A DNA stretch of 64,000 bases from contig OY969811.1 in assembly GCA_963703315.1 (NCBI GenBank), positions 768,001 through 832,000 on the forward strand, written 5' to 3'. The notes below the pieces were generated by a model. The model saw only the letters and a program-made list of their open reading frames with translations, had not been told where the DNA came from and did no database searches. The DNA comes from an uncultured cyanobacterium. Lineage in GTDB: Bacteria; Cyanobacteriota; Cyanobacteriia; Pseudanabaenales; Pseudanabaenaceae. Positions within the stretch are counted from its first letter, which is position 1. The number at the start of each line of letters is the position of its first letter. Below, in pieces: positions 19,784 through 28,867 of the stretch. Made by a program: the position numbers and the translations under genes.

Positions 19784-21361
19784 TTATAGCCAGTTCCCGA
19801 CTAAGGTAAATGAAGACCAAAAATAAGGATGCTTAAGATCAATATTTTTGACTGGAATGACAAATGGGATATTGGGGAAGCCTTTAATGCCTCTGATTTG
19901 ATTTTTTTCAATAGTCACTTCGCCTCGTAAAAATGCTAATTGAGCTTCTTGCAAGGCGATCGCTTTACTAGGTGCAGTGGGCAATCCTCGATAGAAACGA
20001 ATCATTAAAGGAGCCGTACCTGCATCGCTCACTGTCCATAAAGAAGCCAACACACTTTTTGCGCCCGAATCTACCGCTAAACCTGCTAAGCCTAAGTTTT
20101 GCCCAACTGCGGTTTCGCAAGCACTGAGAGTTAGCAAATCAGTTACGAGATTCATTTTGGCAATTTGATTCATGTGTAAGCGATCGCCCCAAAATTGGAT
20201 AAAAGATTCCTGTGGTGAATCCTTCACAAACTTGGCATGGGTTGCAAGGTGGATAATGCCAAATTTTTGGCTACTAATCTGCGATCGCAGATTATCCATC
20301 GTAAAACCACTATTTAGAAAATTCTTGCCAGTGAGGATTTGCGAAGAAATCGTTTCAACTTCTACTTTAGTCGCAGGTAAAGGCGACCAACCTTCGACTG
20401 ACTCTGACAATCCCATTGCCAAGATTTGCGGTACTAAGGCTCGGTTAGGGCGACTAGGTTCTGTTAATTGCCATGCGGGAATCGATGTAACGGCATACTT
20501 CTCAATTAGATAACGTTTGCCATCATGTAAAGCCGCAGGGGGAACCACTCGCAAATTACCACTCATCACAAAGACCAGCGTTTTTACCTGTGCTTTTTCT
20601 AGCTCAGCTTCCATCGGGCGCACCACCCAATCATAAAGTTGCTGAGATTGGGGTAAGAAGTCATTGGAGCTAGCATCTTGCAAATTACTGCGAAAGTCGA
20701 TAATTACCTGATCTACTTCTTCTGTAGTCACATTGTAAGCAACTTTCCGAAATGGAACCCCATCAGTTGGATCATTTTGAGATAATGGTATGCCAAATTT
20801 TTCCTGTAAAGACTTTGTGCCAATTCGAGTCCGCGAAAACAATCGTGCAGGACGATTGGGACTAGGTGGTGGTACGGTAATTAGTTCTAGTCCGTTTTTA
20901 GAAGTCGTTACATAAATTAAGGCAGTCGGACTACCTGTGAGTTCTGAAATCCGTTTGATCTCCGAAGCGTAACAGTCATTACTGTCAGGATAAGGCGATC
21001 GCAGTCGTTTGCTGAGATAGGCTTCTAGCTCGGCAGTATAGCCTTTTTCTAGCGCCGTGCAAGCTTCAGGCAACTTGTTTTGAATTGCATATTGCCTTGC
21101 CAACAAAAAATAAAGTCGCCCGATTTGTCCCCGAATTGCCGCAATATCTGGAGATAAATCGACCTGTTCGCGTTCAGGATTACTAGAACGACTGAGTGCA
21201 TTGATCAGATCCAGAATTAACGATGGATTTAGTCCCGTACCTGAAGGAGAAGTTGGGAATTGGGATGGGGGGACAGTAGTTTGCGATCGCGCAGATTTAG
21301 CAACACTCAGCGAAAGCATTGCCAAGATCAAGGAAAGAAACCATAGAAGAGATTTTCGCAT
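19784..21361 (-). CDS. CHAT-domain (caspase-like) protease with N-terminal signal peptide
   Basis: QQLYDWVVRP, ALHDGKRYLIEKY, IIHLATH (His), LTLSACETAVG (Cys), ASLWTVSD and HPYFWSSFTLVGNWL. Confidence 0.9.
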   Translation of the reverse strand: MRKSLLWFLSLILAMLSLSVAKSARSQTTVPPSQFPTSPSGTGLNPSLILDLINALSRSSNPEREQVDLSPDIAAIRGQIGRLYFLLARQYAIQNKLPEACTALEKGYTAELEAYLSKRLRSPYPDSNDCYASEIKRISELTGSPTALIYVTTSKNGLELITVPPPSPNRPARLFSRTRIGTKSLQEKFGIPLSQNDPTDGVPFRKVAYNVTTEEVDQVIIDFRSNLQDASSNDFLPQSQQLYDWVVRPMEAELEKAQVKTLVFVMSGNLRVVPPAALHDGKRYLIEKYAVTSIPAWQLTEPSRPNRALVPQILAMGLSESVEGWSPLPATKVEVETISSQILTGKNFLNSGFTMDNLRSQISSQKFGIIHLATHAKFVKDSPQESFIQFWGDRLHMNQIAKMNLVTDLLTLSACETAVGQNLGLAGLAVDSGAKSVLASLWTVSDAGTAPLMIRFYRGLPTAPSKAIALQEAQLAFLRGEVTIEKNQIRGIKGFPNIPFVIPVKNIDLKHPYFWSSFTLVGNWL

Positions 21362-21421
21362 CTGAGTTTTCTCCTAAACTATCTCTATTGTAGAGCGATC
21401 GCCTTTTATATCAATGTAAGT

Positions 21422-21571
21422 TAGGACTTACTCAACAGCCCTGTAATAAATTACGGGCTAAAAGCTTAAACCCGTTGAAACGGGTTGATCATAGGAGTGT
21501 TTTAGTCTGCTTTAGCTGACTTTAGCTTTCAGCCAAGAACTTGAGTTCTTGGTTAGTTTGCGTAAGTCCTA
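21422..21571. mobile_element. 150-bp MITE, copy 2 (inverted relative to copy 1)
   Basis: TIR TAGGACTTACTCA/TGCGTAAGTCCTA; its own 5-bp direct repeat TAAGT. Confidence 0.88.
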
Positions 21572-21572
21572 T

Positions 21573-21660
21573 AAGTTTTGCGTAGGACATAACCCCAGAA
21601 GATGAGTGGCGGCGCAAAGCGCCGCCACTCATCTTCTGGGGTTTAGCTAACTCTTGCTTT
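21573..21660. repeat. Palindromic element family A
   Basis: Perfect 25-bp arms at 21591-21643 around loop AAA; conserved flanks AAGTTTTGCGTAGGACATAA and TAGCTAACTCTTGCTTT. Confidence 0.8.
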
Positions 21661-21713
21661 GAGATTACTTGTCCTAATAGACAAGGGGCTTCAGCCCCTT
21701 GTTCCTCAAAAGT

Positions 21714-23150
21714 TTATGCAGTTAAAGCACGTTGTAAACGCGACAATGCTAAACCTTTACGATGAAGTAGCACAAACGAGGGCAAGATTTCGGGACCATG
21801 AAGATCGCCTGTGAGGGCTGCCCGTAGAGACTTCATCACGACTCCTTTCTTGACACCCTGAGACTTAGTGACTGTTTTAATTACTTCTCCCGCACTATCA
21901 GCATCAAGATCCGCAGTTTCTTTGAGTGCCTCAATTAGTGCGGTGATAATACCTGCGATCGCATCACCTTGCAGAGTTGCTTTCGCCTCATCGGTATAGT
22001 CTTCAAACTCAGTGAAGAAGAACTTGCTAATCGTCGCCGCATCGGTCAAGAGGGTTAAACTTGGCGCGATTAATTTCGTCAAATCGAGCAACCATTGGCG
22101 ATCAACAGATTCCAGATCATAGCCAGCTTCCTTAAGAAATGGAGTTAGGCGATCGCACACATCTTCCGTTGGTAAAGAATGCAAATATTGGCTATTAATC
22201 CAATTGAGTTTATCCCAATCAAATTTTGCACCTGCTTTATTGACGCGATCGAAGCTGAAGATTTGGGATGCTTCTTGGAGCGTGAAGAGTTCCTTCCCAT
22301 CGCTAGGCGACCAACCGAGCAGCGCCATGTAGTTATTGAAAGCTTCAGGAATATAGCCCATGTTCCGAAATTCCCAAACGGAAGTTGCGCCATCACGTTT
22401 AGAGATTTTTGCACCTTGCTGATTGAGAATTAGCGGCGTATGTCCAAACTGAGGTGGTGTTGCGCCTAAGGCTTCATAAATGAGAATTTGCTTAGCAGTA
22501 TTCGCAATATGATCTTCCCCACGAATAACTTGAGTAATCTCCATATCGATATCATCGACAACTACGGCAAAGTTATACAGAGGTAAGCCAATATTGCCCT
22601 GCTCATCAACACGAGCGATCACCATATCACCACCAAGATCGCTGCTGCTCCAAGAGACAGTGCCGCGTACAAGGTCATTCCATGCGATCGTGCGTGGTTC
22701 CTCAATGATGAAGCGAACTACGGGGCGACGACCTTCGGCTTCAAAGGCTTGACGTTGCTCATCGGTAAGGTTACGGTGGCGATTGTCGTAACGTGGGGCT
22801 TGTTTGTTAGCTTTTTGAGCCTCACGCATTGCCTCAAGTTCAGATTCAGTGCAGTAGCAAAAGTAGGCTTTTTTCTCGGCTAAAAGTTTATGTACGGTGG
22901 CAATATAGCGATCGCTGCGTTGGGTTTGAAAAAAGGGTCCCTCATCAAAATTAATCCCCAACCAAGCCAATCCTTCTAAAATGTTTTGGGTATATTCATC
23001 CTTAGATCTTTCGCGATCGGTGTCTTCGACTCTGAGGATAAATGTCCCGCCTTGGTTACGGGCATACAGCCAGTTAAATACGGCGGTACGGGCTGTGCCT
23101 ATGTGTAAGTTACCCGTTGGGCTTGGTGCAATACGAACTCGAACAGACAT
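21714..23150 (-). CDS. gltX: Glutamate--tRNA ligase
   Basis: RIAPSPTGNLHIG, IRGEDH and KISKR motifs. Confidence 0.97.
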   Translation of the reverse strand: MSVRVRIAPSPTGNLHIGTARTAVFNWLYARNQGGTFILRVEDTDRERSKDEYTQNILEGLAWLGINFDEGPFFQTQRSDRYIATVHKLLAEKKAYFCYCTESELEAMREAQKANKQAPRYDNRHRNLTDEQRQAFEAEGRRPVVRFIIEEPRTIAWNDLVRGTVSWSSSDLGGDMVIARVDEQGNIGLPLYNFAVVVDDIDMEITQVIRGEDHIANTAKQILIYEALGATPPQFGHTPLILNQQGAKISKRDGATSVWEFRNMGYIPEAFNNYMALLGWSPSDGKELFTLQEASQIFSFDRVNKAGAKFDWDKLNWINSQYLHSLPTEDVCDRLTPFLKEAGYDLESVDRQWLLDLTKLIAPSLTLLTDAATISKFFFTEFEDYTDEAKATLQGDAIAGIITALIEALKETADLDADSAGEVIKTVTKSQGVKKGVVMKSLRAALTGDLHGPEILPSFVLLHRKGLALSRLQRALTA

Positions 23151-23186
23151 GAATTTGTAAACGTTATAAAATCCAATTATCCTTCA

Positions 23187-23281
23187 TATAGCGTTTCACA
23201 GTCTAGTGAAGTAAAGGATTGTTTCCCCGCCGAAGGCGGGGAAACAATCCTCTGTAACTCGCTTGCTTGAAAAGTGCTATA
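23187..23281. repeat. ~95-bp hairpin element, family C (ends TATAGC...GCTATA)
   Basis: Central IR GGATTGTTTCCCCGCC-GAA-GGCGGGGAAACAATCC. Degenerate relative at 16407-16463; end fragment at 36008-36032. Confidence 0.65.
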
Positions 23282-23341
23282 TCACGTTACTGTATAGAAA
23301 AAAGCTAGAAGCCTATTTTTAGACAGGGCGAAAAAAATTTT

Positions 23342-24037
23342 ATGAATAAAGCTTTTACTTCTCAGGCGGATGAATGGACAGAGGCGATCGCACCAGTCCA
23401 AAAGCGATACGATCGCGAATATCGGAATGAAGCCTTTGATTTACCCGCAGAGGTAGAATCGATGCCGCTTTTTCGAGAATGGGTGAGCCATACACTGTCT
23501 AGTAAAATTGCTTCGCCGTTTTGGGAATTGGCGCAGTTTCAAAAAAATCAACGGTGCTTAGATATTGGCTGTGGAGTTAGCTTTTTAATTTACCCTTGGC
23601 GCGATTGGGACGTATATTTTTATGGTCAAGAAATTAGCTTTGTAGCCAAAGACGCGCTTAATTCAAGAGGTTCACAGCTTAATTCCAAATTGTTTAAAGG
23701 CGTGCAGCATGGGGCAGCCCATCAGTTAAATTATGAAAATGCTACCTTTGATCGCGTGATTGCCACAGGTTTTAGTTGCTATTACCCATTGGAATATTGG
23801 AAATTAGTCTTGCGCGAGGCAAAGCGTGTCTTAAAACCCAATGGGATATTCATTTTTGATGCGATCACCCCTGATTTAGAGTTTGCGGAAAATTGGGCAA
23901 TTTTAGAAACCTATTTAGGTGCAGAGGTATTCCTTACGCCACTTAGTGAAATTACAGAGCTAGTGCAGTCGATGGGCGGGAAGATTATGGCGAAAAAAGA
24001 CGGATTGCTATTTTCGATGTATCGCGTTCAGTGGTAA
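23342..24037 (+). CDS. Class I SAM-dependent methyltransferase
   Basis: CLDIGCG motif I, FDRVIA, RVLKPNG. Confidence 0.85.
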   Translation: MNKAFTSQADEWTEAIAPVQKRYDREYRNEAFDLPAEVESMPLFREWVSHTLSSKIASPFWELAQFQKNQRCLDIGCGVSFLIYPWRDWDVYFYGQEISFVAKDALNSRGSQLNSKLFKGVQHGAAHQLNYENATFDRVIATGFSCYYPLEYWKLVLREAKRVLKPNGIFIFDAITPDLEFAENWAILETYLGAEVFLTPLSEITELVQSMGGKIMAKKDGLLFSMYRVQW

Positions 24038-24088
24038 TTTGTTGAGAGTAGCGCGAAGCGCCACTCTCAACAAAAATTCGTGAAAAAT

Positions 24089-24376
24089 ATGTCTGAAAAT
24101 TCTCAAACAACGGGTGCTGATGCGATTGATGTGGCGATCGCGCAGGGGATCGATTTTGATGGTACGCCAATCGATCCCAAAAAACTTGACCTATATAGCA
24201 GTGTCATGGCTCTAGAAGCAGGTCGTCAGCGCAGTGGTGTTACGAATACCATGCGATCGCGCATTGTCCGTATTGGTGCAAAACACATCCCTCAAGATGA
24301 ACTCAATCAAAAACTGTTGGATGCAGGCTTTGCCCCACTCAAAGATAAAGATATCGCCTATTTTTATAACAAATAA
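24089..24376 (+). CDS. DUF4090 / Ssr1528-like small conserved cyanobacterial protein
   Basis: TTGADAIDVAIAQGIDFDG and RQRSGVTNTMRSRIVRIGAKH match the family as I recall it. Confidence 0.8.
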   Translation: MSENSQTTGADAIDVAIAQGIDFDGTPIDPKKLDLYSSVMALEAGRQRSGVTNTMRSRIVRIGAKHIPQDELNQKLLDAGFAPLKDKDIAYFYNK

Positions 24377-24542
24377 AGAACCCAGTTTTTTCATGGCGCG
24401 GCTTTGCCGCGCCATGAAAAAACATCCTTAATAATTTTTACGAAAGGGTTTGCTTTGCAAACCCTTTCTAATATCTACAGCCTTTTAGCGTATTTTGCTT
24501 GGATTTTGGGCATAATTGTTAATGTGTAACCTTGCGATCAAA

Positions 24543-25049
24543 ATGGTTAAGTATTGGCAAAGTATATCCAGCGTATTTACCACAGCCTTATTGCTGGCGG
24601 GTACTAGTGTTTGGATTAATTTAGATGTGGCGATCGCGCAAACTTCATCGCGTAGCAACTACTCTGTCCTCAATCAAATGCAGCGCCTCAAGCGATCGGG
24701 ACAGAAATGGATCGAGATCAATCGTCGTAACCAGACTCTTGTGGCATGGCAAGGAAGTAAGCAAGTATATTCAGTGATTGTTTCTACTGGTAAAGCTGAA
24801 ACCCCCACACCTGCGGGTATTTTCAAAATTCAGACTAAATACCCTACAGCGAGGATGCAAGGCGAAGATTACAACGTTCCCGACGTGCCTCATGTGATGT
24901 ACTACAGTGGCAACTACGCTATTCATGGGGCATATTGGCATCGTAGCTTTGGGATTCCGATCAGTCATGGCTGTACCAATGTTGCGCCAGATCACGCTGC
25001 ATGGTTGTACCGATGGGCTTCTGTGGGTACGACTGTTGTTGTGCGTTAG
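24543..25049 (+). CDS. L,D-transpeptidase (YkuD domain)
   Basis: Signal peptide; VSTGK..TP.G; AIHG...SHGC catalytic motif. Confidence 0.9.
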   Translation: MVKYWQSISSVFTTALLLAGTSVWINLDVAIAQTSSRSNYSVLNQMQRLKRSGQKWIEINRRNQTLVAWQGSKQVYSVIVSTGKAETPTPAGIFKIQTKYPTARMQGEDYNVPDVPHVMYYSGNYAIHGAYWHRSFGIPISHGCTNVAPDHAAWLYRWASVGTTVVVR

Positions 25050-25204
25050 CAAAACGGGGGCTTTGCACCCCGTTTTACTAACTATTGCTAAATAAAACTT
25101 AACGCATTAGAAATAGACAGAGGCGATCGCCTCACAGTAACCTAGAGACGATATCTGTAATCATTTTATTTTTCATTACAGTCTTTAGGAATAAGGATAA
25201 AACT

Positions 25205-25396
25205 ATGGCAGTTGCACGTGGTTCTAAGGTTCGCATTTTGCGTAAAGAGTCCTACTGGTATCGTGAAGTCGGTACTGTGGCTTCTGTTGATAAAAGCGGC
25301 ATCATTTACCCAGTGATCGTTCGTTTCGACAGCGTAAATTACTCCAACATCGCAACCAACAACTTTGCGATCGATGAAGTCGAAGAAGTCGCCTAG
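25205..25396 (+). CDS. psaE: Photosystem I subunit IV
   Basis: [25 protein letters not shown]...YPVIVRF...NY. Confidence 0.97.
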   Translation: MAVARGSKVRILRKESYWYREVGTVASVDKSGIIYPVIVRFDSVNYSNIATNNFAIDEVEEVA

Positions 25397-25454
25397 ATTC
25401 TTCAAACCCAAAAAAGGAGAAGGGGCGCAAAGCGCCCCTTCTCCTTTTTTGGGT

Positions 25455-25519
25455 ATAAGACTCAAGCCAGTAAGGGTTTTCAAAACTAAAAATGGCGTAG
25501 CCATTTTTAGTTTTGGTAT
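25455..25519. repeat. Hairpin element family D, partial and inverted copy
   Basis: AAAACTAAAAATGGC-GTA-GCCATTTTTAGTTTT hairpin; fuller copies at 38360-38462 and 60328-60426. Confidence 0.75.
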
Positions 25520-25557
25520 TAGCAATTTTTTAGTTAGAGCGTCTAGCGTTAGAGATA

Positions 25558-26439
25558 ATGCCCGAATTACCAGAAGTTGAGACTGTTCGCATTGGTTTAA
25601 ATGAAAATACGTTGGGTTGGCAGATAGAAGGTGGTGAGGTATTGCTGCCCCGTGCGATCGCCTATCCTGAAAATCCTCAAGCTTTTTTAGATGCCTTGAT
25701 AGGGGCAGAGTTTATAGAGTGGCAAAGACGGGGCAAATATTTAATTGCTAAGCTTTCCAAAAATCAAACACAGAGCGATCAACTGGGTGTGCATTTGCGA
25801 ATGACAGGGAGTTTGCTCTGGTGCGATCGCGATGTGGCTGTGGGTAAACATACGCGAGTGAGATTATTTTTAAAGGAAAAAGGGAAAGGGAAAAAGGAAA
25901 AAAACTCAGTTCAGAAGGAATTACGGTTTGATGATCAGCGAACTTTTGGTAAGGTTTGGTGGGTTCCATCGGATCAACCAACAGAATCGATCATTACAGG
26001 ATTACAGAAGTTAGGTTTGGAACCTTTTGATCTAGAGTTTACGCCAGAACATTTAGCTCACAAGCTTAGCCGTAGTGGTCGCCCGATTAAAACTGTATTG
26101 CTTGATCAAGAAATGGTTGCAGGAATTGGGAATATTTATGCCGATGAGTCATTATTTCTCGGCAAAATTCATCCTCAAAAAGCAGCCAACTCTCTTAATT
26201 TAGAACAAATCAAAGCATTACATCAAGGCATCATTCGCTCTCTCAGTGATGGTATTGCCAAGGGTGGAACAACTTTTAGCTCTTTTCAGAATGTAGCAGG
26301 ACTAAAGGGAAATTATATCGATACAGCTTGGGTATTTCGGCGGACAGGACAGCCTTGTAACGTTTGTGGCACTGCGATTTCACGAATTAAACTTGGTGGG
26401 CGATCAACACATTTTTGCGCTCAATGCCAGATTGCCTAA
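25558..26439 (+). CDS. mutM: Formamidopyrimidine-DNA glycosylase
   Basis: MPELPEVE start, RRGKYL, HLRMTG, GIGNIYADE, C-terminal zinc finger. Confidence 0.96.
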   Translation: MPELPEVETVRIGLNENTLGWQIEGGEVLLPRAIAYPENPQAFLDALIGAEFIEWQRRGKYLIAKLSKNQTQSDQLGVHLRMTGSLLWCDRDVAVGKHTRVRLFLKEKGKGKKEKNSVQKELRFDDQRTFGKVWWVPSDQPTESIITGLQKLGLEPFDLEFTPEHLAHKLSRSGRPIKTVLLDQEMVAGIGNIYADESLFLGKIHPQKAANSLNLEQIKALHQGIIRSLSDGIAKGGTTFSSFQNVAGLKGNYIDTAWVFRRTGQPCNVCGTAISRIKLGGRSTHFCAQCQIA

Positions 26440-26522
26440 CCAAAAAGCTGTGGCGCACGCGCAGCGTGCGCCACAGCTTTTTGGTTTTTTAATTATGCCT
26501 AGCTACAGCAAAATGAAAACCG

Positions 26523-27188
26523 CTATAAAAGATTATTTTGCATGGCGATCGCCTGTTTGCGATCGCTTACTTCTAGTTTATGTAAAATCGCATGGATATG
26601 TACACGCACAGTACCTGAAGAAATATAAAGCAGATCAGCAATTTCCTGATTAGTTTTATTCTCAGACATCAACATCAAGATTTCTCTTTCGCGCCGAGTT
26701 AGCGTATGCAGCTTTGCCCCAGATGTATTAGTATCGCTAGTCTCAGTCGATTGGCTTTGAAAAATATTGTGAATTTCGGCAGTGGCAGTGGCATCCCACC
26801 ACGAAGCACCTGCTATCACTGATCGCATGGCAAGAATTAACGTTTCGGCGGCAACTCCCTTCATACAATAGCCCTGTGCGCCCACAGTAACTAAACGTGA
26901 AATTAGATGGCGATCGTTCCGTGAAGTTAGCACTAAAATCGGTAATTTCGGATGGTTTTGCTTGAGTTGGCGGCAAGTTTCCATTCCACCTATACCTGGT
27001 AAGCCAATATCCAGCAGGACAAGATCAAAAGGTCGCTGCTTAGCCAGATCGATCGCTGTTTCCCCGTCACTTGCTTCAGCTAAAACCGCGATTTTAGTTT
27101 CTTGTTGCAAGCGCACTTGTAAACCGAGGCGAAATAGCTCATCGTCTTCAACTAATAGAATTTTGAGATTATCTAGGCTCTTGTACAT
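26523..27188 (-). CDS. NarL/LuxR-family response regulator
   Basis: REC domain (LVEDD, LDIGLP) plus LuxR HTH (LTRRERE...TVRVH). Confidence 0.92.
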   Translation of the reverse strand: MYKSLDNLKILLVEDDELFRLGLQVRLQQETKIAVLAEASDGETAIDLAKQRPFDLVLLDIGLPGIGGMETCRQLKQNHPKLPILVLTSRNDRHLISRLVTVGAQGYCMKGVAAETLILAMRSVIAGASWWDATATAEIHNIFQSQSTETSDTNTSGAKLHTLTRREREILMLMSENKTNQEIADLLYISSGTVRVHIHAILHKLEVSDRKQAIAMQNNLL

Positions 27189-28275
27189 TATCTGGCGATG
27201 AATGCGGTAAGGCTGGCAAACGGAATCTAAAGATTGCGCCTTGAGGATGTCGGTTCTCTGCCCAAATTATACCGCCATGCGCTTCGATAATTTGACGAGT
27301 CAGGTATAGACCAAGACCCGAACCACTAGCTAGGCGATCGCTTTGTCCTTGATAAAATCTCTCAAATAAATAGGGCTGCTCATCAAGTTGAATACCTGCA
27401 CCATTGTCTATCACTTGTACCAATTGATGCGAAGACTGAGTTTCTAGAACAACTTCCACCTTTGCGCCTCTAGGAGAATGATTGATCGCATTAGTCAGTA
27501 GATTTGTAAAAACTCGGCGTAATTGGAAGGCATCTCCATTCACCCACAGAAATTTGCGAAAGTCTGACTCTCCATAATGCAAGTTTAGATAGACACGACG
27601 ACTTGTAGATAGGCTCAACAGCGAGGTTGCCACGTCTTCTGCTAGTATTGCTAAATTAATTGGTTCTAATTGTAATAACAAACCTTCCGTTTCATTGCGA
27701 TAGACATCGAGGAGAGTTTCCACTAAACGTAAACTGTTTTGATGACTACGGATCATAGTAGCTACTACGTTTTTCTGTGTGGGCTGAATAGCTCCAAATT
27801 GTTCGCGGTCAAAGGCTTGGAGTGTCTCGATCGCACCGAGTAACGGAGTTCGTAAATCATGTGCCAAAGTAGAAGCAAAGTCTTCCCGTACATTCATGAT
27901 TTTCTCTTGGGCTTGAAGTTTTGCCTGTTGTTCGATAAGCACTCTCTGAGTCTGACGATAACGATTGCTCAAAAATCCAGTTACGATCAACGCCAAAATC
28001 GTAACTAGACGATTCACAATCATTGCCATTTGAACTTTGCCTTGATTAGGAACCCAAATATTTAATAGAGTCAGCATCACTGCCATAATTGTGAATTGGA
28101 AAGTGCTATGACGACTCAATCGAACATTGGCAATCAAGATAGGACAGATGTAGAGATAACCCATTACATATTCGGGAGGTGTGGAAAACTCTAAAATAAC
28201 TACTAGAACAAACAGACCAATAATTATCCAAAATAAAGGCGATCGCCAAGATAGTTCTAATGTTTGTTTATTCAT
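27169..28275 (-). CDS. Membrane sensor histidine kinase, cognate of the adjacent regulator
   Basis: N-terminal TMs, AHDLRTPL, NLLTNAI, DNGAGI and GSGLGL; overlaps the regulator start. Confidence 0.92.
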   Translation of the reverse strand: MNKQTLELSWRSPLFWIIIGLFVLVVILEFSTPPEYVMGYLYICPILIANVRLSRHSTFQFTIMAVMLTLLNIWVPNQGKVQMAMIVNRLVTILALIVTGFLSNRYRQTQRVLIEQQAKLQAQEKIMNVREDFASTLAHDLRTPLLGAIETLQAFDREQFGAIQPTQKNVVATMIRSHQNSLRLVETLLDVYRNETEGLLLQLEPINLAILAEDVATSLLSLSTSRRVYLNLHYGESDFRKFLWVNGDAFQLRRVFTNLLTNAINHSPRGAKVEVVLETQSSHQLVQVIDNGAGIQLDEQPYLFERFYQGQSDRLASGSGLGLYLTRQIIEAHGGIIWAENRHPQGAIFRFRLPALPHSSPDNVQEPR

Positions 28276-28436
28276 GCGTGTAAATTATTTTTATCGCATT
28301 CAATTGATATGGGTCTAAGCAAAAATGTAATTAAGCGGTTAATCCAAGACAAAATTAGCATTGTTATGCTTCGATATGGCGATCGTTAATCAATCGAGAT
28401 GCAGTAAGTGTATGATTCATCATTTTTTACATTTAT

Positions 28437-28574
28437 TCATCTCAACCATTTTCTGATAAATTTAACGCTACTCCAAATACTTAGCGATCTCTTTTGTAGT
28501 GCCGCCAGTACAGCCGCAGTAAGAGTGTCATGACCAAAACCATGATGGGTAATTGCAGTATATAAAGTAGGCAT
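28437..28574 (-). pseudogene. 5' remnant of a glycosyltransferase-like gene
   Basis: Manual translation MPTLYTAITHHGFGHDTLTAAVLAALQKR... resembles the N-terminal (N/H)HGFGH motif of GT-B glycosyltransferases; it stops after 45 codons. Confidence 0.55.
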
Positions 28575-28867
28575 TTACACGGTAAATCTAATGTTAGTAA
28601 GTAATAAATACAGTATTTTGTAGTGGTTATCGTAAGAAAATTTTACTTCCACTGGCTACAGACTTGCCTCATGACATCAATGACTCCACTTACTGCTTAT
28701 GATTTAACAACTTTTAAATAATCTTTGAACTCTTAATTTTTGACTATTTAAAAAATGTATTCACGAAAACAAACCATATATTTTGCGCAAGAACATAAAA
28801 GAAAAGTGAAAAGCCTAGAACATAAGATATACAGCAAATTCTTCTATAAACTACCTCTAATTGGTTT

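Noticed and set aside
16248..21571. Composite transposon that inserted as one unit
   Set aside because: Each MITE has its own different TSD and the outer flanks (TTGAT vs TAAGT) do not match.
25166..25580. ORFs 25166-25525 (-) and 25365-25580 (+)
   Set aside because: Antisense to psaE and running through palindromic repeats; no protein-like features.
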